The notes under the pieces are model-generated. The model had not been told where the DNA came from. It searched no databases and saw only the letters and a list, made by a program, of their open reading frames with translations. A stretch of 64,000 nucleotides of DNA from Atractiella rhizophila (Eukaryota), in assembly GCA_021432655.1 (NCBI GenBank), contig MU271202.1, positions 106,602 to 170,601 on the forward strand. Direction: 5' to 3'. The position numbers and the translations under genes are program-made. This document shows positions 1 to 10,317 of this stretch, one piece after another. Positions within the stretch are counted from its first letter, which is position 1. Each line of letters starts with the position of its first letter.

Positions 1-1513
1 CTGCCAACGAGGAACTCGAAAGTGAGAACACCCAAAGCCCAGTGGTCGACTTTTTCATTGTGCTCTCTGCCTTCCACCATCTCAGGTGGGAGGTAGTCTA
101 GAGTACCACAGAGCGTAGTTCGCCTGATTGCGCGCCTTCAATTTCCTTAATCAAACAATGAAGGGAGAGCACGAACCGATTCGACGGTGCATGCACAGAC
201 CATCCAAAGTCTCCGATCTTCAACTCTCCATTTATTCCCAACAAGAGATTCTCAGGCTTGATATCACGATGGATAACATGCTTCGAGTGGAGGTAGGCGA
301 GCGCGTCAGCCATTTGGTGAATGTACTACGGTATTTCTAATGAGCAAACGCAGGATAGTCAAATGGGGTTTGGGAAAACGCACGCGGGAAGACCGTTTCT
401 CGCTAAAGGAGCCGCGGTTGGAGAGTTGTTTGTACAGCTCCCCTTTGCCAGCGAATTCGAGCATGAGGAAGATTCGCTTCTCGTCATGAAAGTACCCGTA
501 GAGTCTGAGGATGTTAGGATGCCTTTATCAATCGCAAGCGGCGACAGTCAAACCAATGTGACAAGCAATAGAGAAACAAGCAGACCTTAGGTTTTGCTGT
601 ATTTCTATCTCCCGTCGTACTTGCTTTTCCACCTTGTTCTGCACCAATTCATGTTTGTACAAACATTTAAGGGCGAGGATGTAATGCGGCTCGAACTTCG
701 TTCGCACCATATAGACTCGCCCAAACTTTCCCTTTCCAAGTGCTCTTCCGAGTTCGAAATCATTCAATGCAAGCTGAAAGGACGATCTTCCATCTGACGC
801 TCCGTATCTTATCATCCAGCAAGTCGCTCAGGATCGATCTAGACAAATAGAGCTGAGGAAAAGCGCACCCATTATCGTCTTTTGCCTCCTCTACATCCTG
901 CATCCTAAACTCTCCACTTCTATCCATCTCCCCATCCACCTCCATCTGAATGCTCCTTTCCCTTTCCTCCTCCTCCAATCCTCCATCGTATTCTCCGATC
1001 ATTCCTTCTGGGCCGTTTTCCTTCTCCTTTCTCAAAGGTCCTTGACCTACAGCAGCAGAAGCGGCGGACTTAATCGAATTATTCGTATTTGTCCTCTGAC
1101 GCACAGGCAAAGGTGCTGCTCCTCCGCGTCCAGAACCACGAACAGAACCACCACGACCTCGAGTAGCAGTAGCTATGGTTCCTGTGCGAGAGGGCGGCCG
1201 TGAGTTTGCATCTTGCGATGATGAAGATTGGCCAAGCTTGATAAGCGGAGGACGCGAGGTGGCAGATGTTTGAGAGGCGCTCTTCTGCAACGTCACAGGT
1301 CTTCCAGCTGCCGCTGCCGCTTTGTTTTGTTGAGCAAGTGCAAACTATTCCAATTCACTTTCGATCCCTGACGATTCATTTTGGCAAGAAAACACGTACC
1401 TTTGTCATCAGCTTTTTTGGAGCTGCCCCCTTACCAGCATTCTCGTCCCCAACTGCTAGACCAGACATGCCCTTCTCAATCGCTGATACCCTGTCAATGA
1501 CTCTTTGCGACAT
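1..1513 (-). CDS. IPL1: Aurora-family Ser/Thr kinase (Ipl1/Ark1-like), multi-exon; 3' end runs off the window start
   Basis: Motifs [57 protein letters not shown] and [10 protein letters not shown] across spliced exons. ATG at 1513 (MSQRVIDRV...). Confidence 0.93.
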
Positions 1514-1731
1514 CTTATATCCCTTCTTCCTTTAAGTCGCTGAGACCTCCAATCCGCTTGCTTTAGACGGGTGGAAACAAGTGTCGCGACAAAGTCACGT
1601 GCAGAATAAATCTTGCATAATAGGGTTAGGGACGAACAAGAACACGTCGCGACTCCTTTTTCAGCAAAAGTATCAACAAAGAAGCCTACAATCAGAGCAC
1701 CTGCAAGCGACGCGATTACGATCTCAAAACC

Positions 1732-2454
1732 ATGAATACCATCTTTCTGATATTCACACTATTTAATCCTCGAGCCCAGAAAGCCCCTCTTCCCCCGCCA
1801 TCACCTCCAACCGCCTTCGATTGCTGGGTCAAAGGATATCCCCAACCCGGCACAGAGGGGGAGGAAGAGGCACGTAAAAGGAAGATCTCAATTGGGACGG
1901 AGGGGAGTGAGAAAATTTGGACGTCAGCGAAGAAGATTAGGAGGTCGGGCAGTCCTTCAAAAGAGGTACGGGTCGCGATTTGATCTGAAACATACCTTGC
2001 TTACCCGTCAAATAGGTGAAGCTTGTCAGGAGAAGGAGCCAAATTGAACGAGAGGAGGCAATGGAAGACGAGGAAGACAATTACTCGTTCCCTGTCAGTC
2101 ACAACTCCTCCCTCCCTTGTTCTGTCATGACTGACGCACTCAAAAGGTGGTCAACGACTTCGAGATCTTGTACAAAGGCAACGACCCCAACGATACTTGG
2201 CGCTATTGTGTCCCTAAATCTGTCCGTAGTTTTGACTATCCTTTCTCATCGATGTTGACTGACGAGGCAAGCAGCCATACCAGTCATCCCGCACTTCCTC
2301 CATCACTTCCTCTTCCTCAAGTCTCGCCGCATCGAGTGTCGACATCTTGCCACATCTTTCACGTACGGAGAGGAGAGAAAAGATTCGATTCACTTTTATA
2401 TTCCTCTCTCTTTTCATTCTATTGCTTTGTTTACTAAAGCTTTATTGTTCATGA
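1732..2454 (+). CDS. Uncharacterised ~188-aa protein with basic NLS-like clusters and a C-terminal transmembrane tail
   Basis: Exons 1732-1965, 2016-2093, 2147-2221 and 2275-2454 join through three canonical phase-0 GT-AG introns (50, 53, 53 nt) into one open frame ending RREKIRFTFIFLSLFILLLCLLKLYCS*. Confidence 0.72.
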
Positions 2455-2721
2455 TCTATAAGAGCAGGAGATACCCTGTGATACCCACATCCTGCCGGTC
2501 TCAATAATTCGTCTTTCCTCTGTATTTGTTGCTTATATGCTCCTTCATTGCTATGAATCTAAGCAGAAGGTTACCATGTTTCCTCTCGCTGACCGGTCTT
2601 GAGTCCTCACTTCTTCGTAAACTTCAACTCAAAGGTGAAGAAGGCTTTCAAATGTTTCAAGTTGAACAACGCCTTTCGTGATTGTACAGCTGATTATGAT
2701 TTCATAAACAATAAACGACAA

Positions 2722-2927
2722 CGTTAAAAATCGAATACACAAGGAGATTGTAAGGCATTGGGTAGACAAATTCTTAAAATTGAATTCACAAGGAAAGGGG
2801 AAGGTTAAGAACGTCGAATAAAGGAAGTCAAATCGTGTATGCTACTAGTAGGTCGCTGTAATGCCGTTAACACAATCGTATAAAGGAGTCAGAGTCGTAT
2901 ATGCTACTAGTAGGCTATTGTAATGCC
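2722..2927. repeat. Degenerate direct-repeat tract
   Basis: Four loose copies of TTAA..T(C/T)GAAT..AAGGA near 2722, 2772, 2803 and 2865. The last two extend into a ~50-nt imperfect duplication containing TATGCTACTAGTAGG...TGTAATGCC. Confidence 0.6.
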
Positions 2928-3064
2928 ACTTCTGCGATTTTGTATTTTGTTCTCCAACAACACACACATACACACACACAATGCCCATGACAAGAAGGTG
3001 AATGAAACTAACCAAAGAATGTACAACACACGATGTCTCCTCCCGTTGCAGGTATATCGCGCTA

Positions 3065-3967
3065 TTACTCGACCCTCCTCCTGCTACCAGGCAGCTTTTT
3101 CCTTTCAGCCTCTTCATCGATATTGTTCTCGCTCTGAAGCATGACGACCTCTCTCTGACTAGTACTTTGTCCACGCACGCCCGCAGAAGTTGTACCAGCA
3201 GCACGAGCATCACCAACCGTCAGGCGATGCAGTGCGGTGGGCCTCGACGGCGTAGTCCGGATTTGGCTCCGATCCGAGAGAGAAGGTGAGGTCGCCACAT
3301 AGTTATCTGAGTGCCCCGTCGATGGCCTAGAGATACTCTGAGGAGATGTGCTGGGGACAAAGGTAGGAGTGTGAGCGGAGGGGGAGGGGTCTTGGATCCT
3401 GAAAGGAGAAAGGAGTCTTTGTTGGCCCCCGCCTGCGAGTGATGGGGTATGTAGGAGCAGAGGCGGCTGGATGGTTTGAACAGTATCATGGTCATGTTGG
3501 CGAAGTTGGATGTGAGGCAAGGCAGGCGGCTGAACTTGAAGTCGAGGTTGGGGAGCAGAACCAGGTTGTTGGGATTGTTGATGCTGGTCGGCTTGAAGAG
3601 GGGCAGTGCTTCGAACGTGTTGATCGAGACCTTGCGGCAGCTGAGAATGTGCTCTTCCTGATCCTCCACACGCTGTTCCTCTATATTGCTTCTGGGAGGC
3701 TACTGCCCTCACTATTGCGCTTACAGCTTGGCCATTCGTCCTCCTCATCTTCATCCTTCCGCGTCCTTGGAACTCGGTTACCAAGATATCGTTGATCTTG
3801 GATAATCCCACAGAGGCCCAAGTTGTATCGTTAGGGTATGGATCCCCGTTGTGACCGCAGGACCATTTCGCTTCGGAGAGATAGACGAGCTGGCGGGATT
3901 GGAAGGCAAGGTCCTCTTCTGCAAGTTCGAAATCCGCTTCACAGGGTTGCTTGCGCTTCAACGACAT
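3065..3967 (-). CDS. Orphan single-exon 300-aa protein with a globular-looking N-terminus and Q/P/S-rich low-complexity remainder
   Basis: True ATG at 3967 and a 903-nt open frame. The composition resembles fungal regulatory proteins. No family recognised. Confidence 0.55.
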   Translation of the reverse strand: MSLKRKQPCEADFELAEEDLAFQSRQLVYLSEAKWSCGHNGDPYPNDTTWASVGLSKINDILVTEFQGRGRMKMRRTNGQAVSAIVRAVASQKQYRGTACGGSGRAHSQLPQGLDQHVRSTAPLQADQHQQSQQPGSAPQPRLQVQPPALPHIQLRQHDHDTVQTIQPPLLLHTPSLAGGGQQRLLSPFRIQDPSPSAHTPTFVPSTSPQSISRPSTGHSDNYVATSPSLSDRSQIRTTPSRPTALHRLTVGDARAAGTTSAGVRGQSTSQREVVMLQSENNIDEEAERKKLPGSRRRVE

Positions 3968-4609
3968 TCTGAATGCTCGTCAAGGTGAAGGAGTAATCGG
4001 CGAAACGAAGACGACGTGAGGGAGGAAATGCTCGCTTGAAGGTATAATTGGTCTCGAGTGGCGGATGGTGGATCGCTACGAGGAGGTCAGGAACCGAAGG
4101 TTAACAAGGCAGGGAAAGGACAAGAAGCGTACGTCAAATGCGTCGCTGTTCCAGCTTCGAATGGGAGTTCCTCTTACAGCGTTATAAGTAATGAGAAAAT
4201 AAAGAGGAAAGTAAGCCGTACTAGAGTTTCCCTTTGTTGTTTGGGACCGGTTTCTCCTTTTGGATGTTCGAGTTTTCAAGAATATGAATGCCGTCGAATC
4301 CTTCGGTTGAAGGCGTTTCTGCGTGGTGTTCTTGGAAGACGGAGAAACAAACAATTACTTCGTCCTTTGTCTGAAAAAGTGCTCTGGTGGTGAATAGAAG
4401 AGGTGGTGCAATTTTTTTTGGACACGATGGGTTTGGTTGAGGAGTTGGTATAAGTAGACCTGGCCAAGAACGCAAAGAAGCTGTGGACAGAAAGTTGGGA
4501 GAAGGCGCGTCCAAGACGCGTTGAACGTGACAAACGAAAAGAACGAATTAAAGGAAACACTTAAGCAGTAAAATTGATGTAACGCAATAGTCAAACTGCT
4601 TTAACAACA

Positions 4610-4691
4610 GGTCTTTTGGTCTAGTGGTATGATTCTCCCTTAGGGTTTAACTGTCTGGGAGAGGCCCCGTGTTCGATCCACGGAAAGACCC
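4610..4691 (+). tRNA. tRNA-Pro(AGG) with a 10-nt intron
   Basis: Acceptor stem GGTCTTT/AAAGACC, D-arm TGGTCTAGTGGTATGA, anticodon stem CTCCC/GGGAG with loop TT-AGG-G[TTTAACTGTC]T, T-loop GTTCGATCC, and a downstream T-run. Confidence 0.96.
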
Positions 4692-4816
4692 TCTTTTTTC
4701 TATTCCTTTTTATTATCTCTATGGAATGATTTACGTGGTTGAACCAGCCAATTTATTCTAACCCTCTGCAATACTTACAACTTACAACTATATACTATTA
4801 CTGAAGGTTACTTTTG

Positions 4817-4884
4817 TTATTTTTCCTGATCTTTATTTTTCCTGATCTTTATTTTTCCTGATCTTTATTTTCCCTGATCTTTAT
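4817..4884. repeat. 16-bp minisatellite (TTATTTTTCCTGATCT) x4 plus a partial copy
   Basis: Read directly: three exact copies and a fourth with one substitution. Confidence 0.92.
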
Positions 4885-5299
4885 GTTAACTTTCTTTACC
4901 TCATCCACTTCTAGCAGTCAAAAATGGAGGAAGCCAAAAGATACTGTACTATGCCTTTAGAACAGGAGCTCGTCATTTGTTCATCTGCGTCAAAGCGATT
5001 TGATTATCAATAAAGCTAAAGTGCTCTCATCTGAGAGGCATGGTGAAAAAGGAAAAGGCGTGAAAAAGTGATTTGAAGCTCACTGAGCGGATGATCACGA
5101 AGACAACTCTCAATGCTACTTTTGTCAAAGGATATTGAAACAACACCATCGGCCAAATCGCACCCTGCACTGTAAACCTTTCCCACAACCAATCAACACT
5201 GAAAGAACTCAACACTTCACAGTCCAGAAAGTATAGCGCAGAATTACCAGCAGCAAAATGGTCCATCAACTCAACGACGCAAGGCCGCGACTCCCACAC

Positions 5300-7709
5300 C
5301 TATGATCCTTCTTCCTCCACGAAAATAGCGACATAATGCTCAAGAATCGTTTCTACAGCTCGACATTGCCACTGCATATCTTGAATCTTCATGATTCCTC
5401 CAACGCCTTCTTCTCCGCTCGGTGGACCTAAAAGATTAGGACCGAATACGATGGCGAGATTGGAAACGGTCATCGAATTCTTCGCTTCCTTCTGCCGCAC
5501 CTTGTGTAAGTGACCCATAAGATAGCGTAAGGCGGCGTAGTTAGGATCGGGGAGGTCGTTGACTCGCTCATGTAGACGGATGTGCCGTAAACGGTCGTTT
5601 TCAATTTCTGGGACGGTTCGTCAGACATTGTTTAATAGAAGAAGAGAGGACATACTGGCTGCATCAATAAAGCCATCATATAACTCCCATGTCAACAGCG
5701 GCTCTGGTAGCTCACGAATCCAGAGTTTCAAAACTCCAGTAATATCGTTGATATCTGACAGATTTTCTTCCGAACGTAGATCTACAGCTTCTACATCTAT
5801 TCGGTGGTTTAAATGAGCACATTACAGAGGCGATTCAACGAACCTTTATCAAGCTTCTGCTTCAACCGTTGTATCCGACTGGTTGTTCCGCTCAGCCGAT
5901 AGATACCTACAGTATCCAGTCCTTGCAACTCCTGTCAGCAGACCATAAAGTACGAATATCGAAAATGGAACGTACCGAACTCTTCGATCACCTCACAACA
6001 CTTCTCCAGTACCCTCGGAACCTCCACACCATCTCTTGACATTTGCTCTGCCAAATCTACGCCAAATGTTGGTTTCGCGGATGGTGCTTGCGGTGTGAGA
6101 GCCGCGAGCTCTTTCGTGATTGGAGGAGTTTTATTTGACGGAGGTAGTGAAGGCTGAGAAATCTGTGTGGGTTGAGGGGGAGACATCGATGGTCTGCGTG
6201 GATTTTGCGACGGTGGTGGTAGGAAGCCTTCCTCAGGTGGACCCTCCCGTCGTGGTCCCTTGGCTCCAGTCATGCCGTACGCAATCACGTAGTTCTGCAT
6301 GTAATTCTTGAAGTCGTCAAGGTTGTCTACTGACTCTGCAACTGCCTTGAGTCCAGGTCCTGCAAAAATCCACTCAGGAGCTGTTCTTGACAAGACCGCA
6401 CAGACATTGAACAACAACGTACCTTCTTCAATTCCTCCTAAGGGACTTACGACACCAGCGTCGTCCACTAACGCCTTCTCGAACATCCATGCATACCGGA
6501 GGAGATAATATTGCAATCCCATCTCACACTCATCCATACTCTCCTTCAGCGTCCTCAACAGTCGTGGTAATTGGAGATTGAACCACTCCTGCCGAATCTT
6601 CTGCGTCTTGAGCACCTCCTGTCGGTACGCATCGCTAGCTAAGCTTGTGCGATTCCGAGCCTCTTCTTCCAGGCGCGCAATTTGGGAAGGGGATTTACCA
6701 GAGGTCGATGAAACGGAGTTCTTGATCTTACCCAGCGCTTTTCCAAGTGTGCGTTTTTGAGTGCCTCCCTGTGCTGCGGTTTGAAAGTAGGAGCCGGATA
6801 ACGCTTGGGATTGGGGAGAGTGTGGTAGGTTCAAGGGGTCTTTGATCGATTCACCCGCTTTCATGACCAAGAGGCGTTCGAGATCTTCGGATGCAGAATC
6901 AAAGCGCACTTTTGCCTGTTGAAGAGCAAGGTCAGCCAATAGTTCTAATTTAAGGGAAGACTCTGTCTAGCATGAACATAAATGCTGCGATCCTCTTATT
7001 TTACGATTGTAGCATACTTCTTCACAACCCTTGCTCGCGTGCACTGACCAAAAGAAAAACGCACTTTGTCGACTCCAGCTTCACAGTCAATCAAATTCTT
7101 CTCCAGCCTCATTCCCGTCTCCTTATTCGACTTCCTACTCTTCTCCACCTCCCTCGACAGCGCCAAAATTTCCTCTGCCATGTCATTCAACTGGCTGGAG
7201 ACCTTAATCCTATTCTCTCCCAGGATCTCATGTAGTCTCAACATGGTATTATAGCTGGAAACAAAAGTTCCAGCCTTGGAATCCGACACGGCATAACTTT
7301 CCAACGACGTCTTCGCCGCCTTAATCATGTTTCTTCCGTACTCCTCCTCTATCAATGCACGCTTCTTGAGGAAACCAGAAACTTCGCGACAAGAAGATAT
7401 GTCTTGTTTTAGTCGATCGAGCATGAGTGGCATGCCACAGTCCAAATCGACCAAATTCCTCAAAACGCTCTCGTCGAAAGCTTGAGGGACGAGGAGTCCC
7501 ATATCTGGTCCGTTTGAGTCTCCATTGGTGCCGTTCGTAAAAATACTCGGTAGCCCATTGCCGAGAGTGGCTGGTGAGGAGACTGAGGTCGAGGATGGGC
7601 CGAGAGAAGAAAAAGTGGGAGGGTCATTGGAGGACATTGAAGGACGCGGCGAGTAGCGTGCTGAATCAAGGGGAGGCGTAGACGTAGAAGCCATTGGAGA
7701 GGAAGCCAT
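5300..7709 (-). CDS. F-BAR + RhoGAP protein (Rgd1/Rga7-like)
   Basis: FCH signature FLKKRALIEEEYGR; RhoGAP motifs FGVDLAEQM..DGVEVPRVLEKC, GIYRLSG, VLKLWIRELPEPL and NSMTVSNLAIVFGPNL. The start at MASSPMAST is inferred. Confidence 0.9.
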
Positions 7710-8055
7710 CTGGGCGGTCTCTTCGATGGACTTTGGTCGTGGAAATCGTTTCACCTTCGAGCCTTCGTCAAACCTTACAAGTTCCACAACTCCCTTCTTT
7801 CGGGCTTCTAAAGTGTGACCATGCTGACCATGGTGTCCCTCAACGATACATGTTGAATGGACGGCAAGTGAACAAGAAAGGCACGGTCTTGCAAGGATGT
7901 TGATGCGATCCACAACAAATGAAATAAAAATATTGGCTCGACAAATTGTGTGATACGACAAAAATGCAGGGACCTGCAGAAAGCAAGAGAAAACAATGGA
8001 CATCTTCATGAAACACATTAAGCAGAGGAATAAAAACCGCGAACTCGAGGTAATG

Positions 8056-9962
8056 CTATCGAGCCCTTCCCTTTACCAAAATGACACCACTGCCTCTATC
8101 TCCTCCCTCATACGCCCACTTCCATCCTCCGCGATCCAAAAATTGTCCCACAGCAGGTACAAGAACTGAGACTTGATTTGGGCTGCCGCGTCCGACGCCT
8201 GTGATAATCCTGAGTGGTGGCGGCCTCAAATCTTGCACAGGCATCAGGAACAGAACATTGCGGAAATTGACTCGGAGACTTACCCGCTTTGTTAGTCCAC
8301 CAATCGTCTGTGAATTCCTTCACCACGGCCACAGCATTCACTGCTGTCAATCCATGAAGATCCACGTCTCCGGTTCCTCTATCTCTCATCCTCTCCCTCA
8401 CGAGCGCTTTCGATCCACGCATCTGCCACACTCGCATCTCTTTATCTGCCTCCTTCCCCCTATCTGTATAAACCGCTACCCCTGGTTTACTCGTCGCAGG
8501 GGCTGTACGAAAGAAATTTGCGGCGGACCGATAGAAACCGTTTCGCTGTTCTTCGAGCTCTTGAACACGTTTGAAGCAGTACGTGGAGCTGTAGTCGGAT
8601 GAACGGACGACTGTCACCGTTGTTCGCGGACGAGTAGGCGTGTATGTCGTTCTACTCGTACTCGTACTTGTCGAAGAGGAAGATTTAGGTGGAGCTAGAT
8701 TGAACTTGTTTCCTACTACTTTCTGCGCTTTGATACCCTCCCCTACATCCCCTACCATTTTGACTAGCTGCATCAAGTCCATTGCTCGATCTACATCCCC
8801 TTCTGTCGCACCAAGGAACACCCTCAGTTGCTGCCTTTCCTCGGATGGAAACATTTCGGCGAAGATCTTGAGGCTTCGTTCGAACTCCAAGCTTGCAGGA
8901 GGCTTGAAGCTGGAGAGGAGAGCGTCAAGCGCGAGGGGTAGGGAGGGATAAGTGTGATACAGCGATGGAAGACGTGCAGCGGAGACTGAGGGGATGAGAT
9001 TGGCGAGTTGTAGAGAAACCGAATCCAACGTAATCCACGTCCCCACATCATCCTCCTCAGAGTTTTCTGACACATTTGCAGACGCAGAGGTTGAGGCATG
9101 GTGATTAGGAGCGGAGCGTCTCTCGACAAAGGAACCGCCTTGCCGAACGTCCGTCAGGTTGATCACCTTCTTGCGTCGCTTCTTCTTCCGTGGCTGCGCC
9201 GTCTCCTGTATCGGAATGGATGCGTTCATCGATGAACGAGCATCATCAGCTGGTGGTGGCAGAAGAATTTCAACAATTTGTGGGATCGTTTTGTGCTTAG
9301 CGAGAAGGTCGGAAAGCTGGGATGTTGGTGTGGCGGGGAATAATGTTTGAAGGAACACCAACGGATCGGTGACTACGCCCAGCTCATTAAGTTAGCATCT
9401 TGTCTCGAGGTGTGTGATCAAAAGTCACTAGTCACTTTGGGACTAGGGAGACCAAGTTACGCCAAGCAACAAGGTACAACCTCCTTGGAGCACGCATTCT
9501 GTTGGTGGTTAGCACGCAAATGAAACAGATGGCCGCCATTGCACTTGCTTCCCACTGGTGCACATGCACTGAAGGCCCCATGTCCTTGTTACCAAAGGCC
9601 TAGCAACACAGCCACGACAAGTAGAAGAACACCTCGCTAGAACTCAGAACAGAAAAACTGTGGGCAAAGGGCAGAGTAAATTACGAGCATGGTCTTTCCA
9701 AATGCATTCTCTCTCTCCATAAAAGATGAAAAGCGTACCAACCTTCATCGCTTTCTCTCGTTCCCATCAATGGGCCATTTTGCTCTTCGCTAGTTTCACT
9801 GCCTTTCTCCTCCATATCCAACTGATCAAACAGCTCCAACACAGTCTCTATCTCGCTGTTCGTATCCCCCTCCTCCATCCTCACGCTGCCATTTGAAGGC
9901 GTGCTGTAGGTCCGACGTTTGGGAACTGGAATAAATTCTCTTGCTCGAGCATCGAGGGACAT
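8056..9962 (-). CDS. Smr-domain endonuclease with CUE-like segments (Cue2/N4BP2-like) and an N-terminal PAM2-like motif
   Basis: Smr motifs VDLHGL and RIITGVGRGS...LVPAV. CUE-like FLQTLFP and FAEMFP...GDVDRAMD. Exon 1 (MSLDARAREFIP...) joins in frame through a 370-nt intron at 9373-9742. Confidence 0.85.
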
Positions 9963-10317
9963 TTTGGTATGCGATCTAATAGCAGATCCTGAAGCTTTAA
10001 TGTTTGCGTCTACTATCAATGCTGATGCACCTGGTGGACGACGATTTGTATCGAATAGCTACTTGAAGTGGTTGTTGGAATCTCTGCTGATGTGACGATG
10101 AATCATCAGCCGCATCACGTGTAAAAGCATGACCTCTGGCTGATGTCTATCTCATTGTGCAGTTTGAGATTGAGAAATTAACTGATATTGCAGTAACAGG
10201 ACAGAACCTTCTAAAGTCGTTGGGAAATGCACAAACACTTGCCCTATAATGTACAAATGAAACGATGGTGCTCTCCAAGGTTGTGTGTAACAGATTGTCA
10301 CGGGTGTATGAACAAAT

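Noticed and set aside
2722..2927. CRISPR-like repeat-spacer appearance
   Set aside because: The repeats are degenerate, the gaps are very unequal and partly homologous, the context is eukaryotic, and there are no cas genes.
4919..4930. 12-nt match (CAAAAATGGAGG) to the end and flank of the second tRNA copy
   Set aside because: Matches this short are expected by chance in 64 kb and the alignment does not extend.
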